Source: an uncultured Rivularia sp. (GTDB lineage Bacteria > Cyanobacteriota > Cyanobacteriia > Cyanobacteriales > Nostocaceae). From it: a DNA stretch of 64,000 nt. Shown in pieces: positions 63,969-64,000 of this stretch; within the stretch, counting starts at the first letter, position 1; every line of letters starts with the position of its first letter. Under the pieces are notes generated by a model. The model searched no databases, was not told the origin of the DNA, and was given only the letters and a program-made list of their open reading frames with translations. The stretch spans positions 384,001 through 448,000 of the forward strand of contig OY762007.1 in the NCBI GenBank assembly GCA_963665115.1, read 5' to 3'. A program made the translations under genes and the position numbers.

Positions 63969-64000
63969 ATAATTTTGGATTTTAGATTTTGGATTTTGGA

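Overview
AT-rich chromosomal window from a filamentous, probably heterocyst-forming (Nostocales-type) cyanobacterium. The inference rests on frequent HIP1 octamers (GCGATCGC), heptamer STRR arrays, and pec, devBCA-like and patA-like genes. Layout: (i) 1-15.3 kb is an accessory array of four large secreted DUF11/Ig-like surface proteins plus an orphan 3' remnant of a fifth, which is split by an IS607-family element (serine recombinase TnpA plus a Fanzor-like TnpB). (ii) 15.3-37.4 kb holds a tandem pair of Rpn/PD-(D/E)XK nucleases, moaD, a deacetylase, nblS-purD, an epimerase, a Pix/Tax-like chemosensory cluster (patA-cheW-MCP-cheA), a VHL-like pseudogene and rluD. (iii) 38.1-49.7 kb is pecBACEF-cpcBACDEF plus three cpcG genes. 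(iv) 50-64 kb holds cupin/LysR, GNAT, HD, TetR-devBCA-like exporter, hli, a large repeat protein, an aspartyl protease, a Uma2 remnant and a rhomboid lacking its catalytic dyad. Most striking: the surface proteins appear to carry a split DUF11 domain, with the Asn-bearing strands at the mature N-terminus and the Lys/Asp-bearing truncated body at the C-terminus. This suggests head-to-tail donor-strand/isopeptide polymerisation of subunits with shuffled cargo domains (inference, untested). About nine single-base indels in short homopolymers break genes across the window and are probably assembly errors. No CRISPR array, tRNA or rRNA was recognised.
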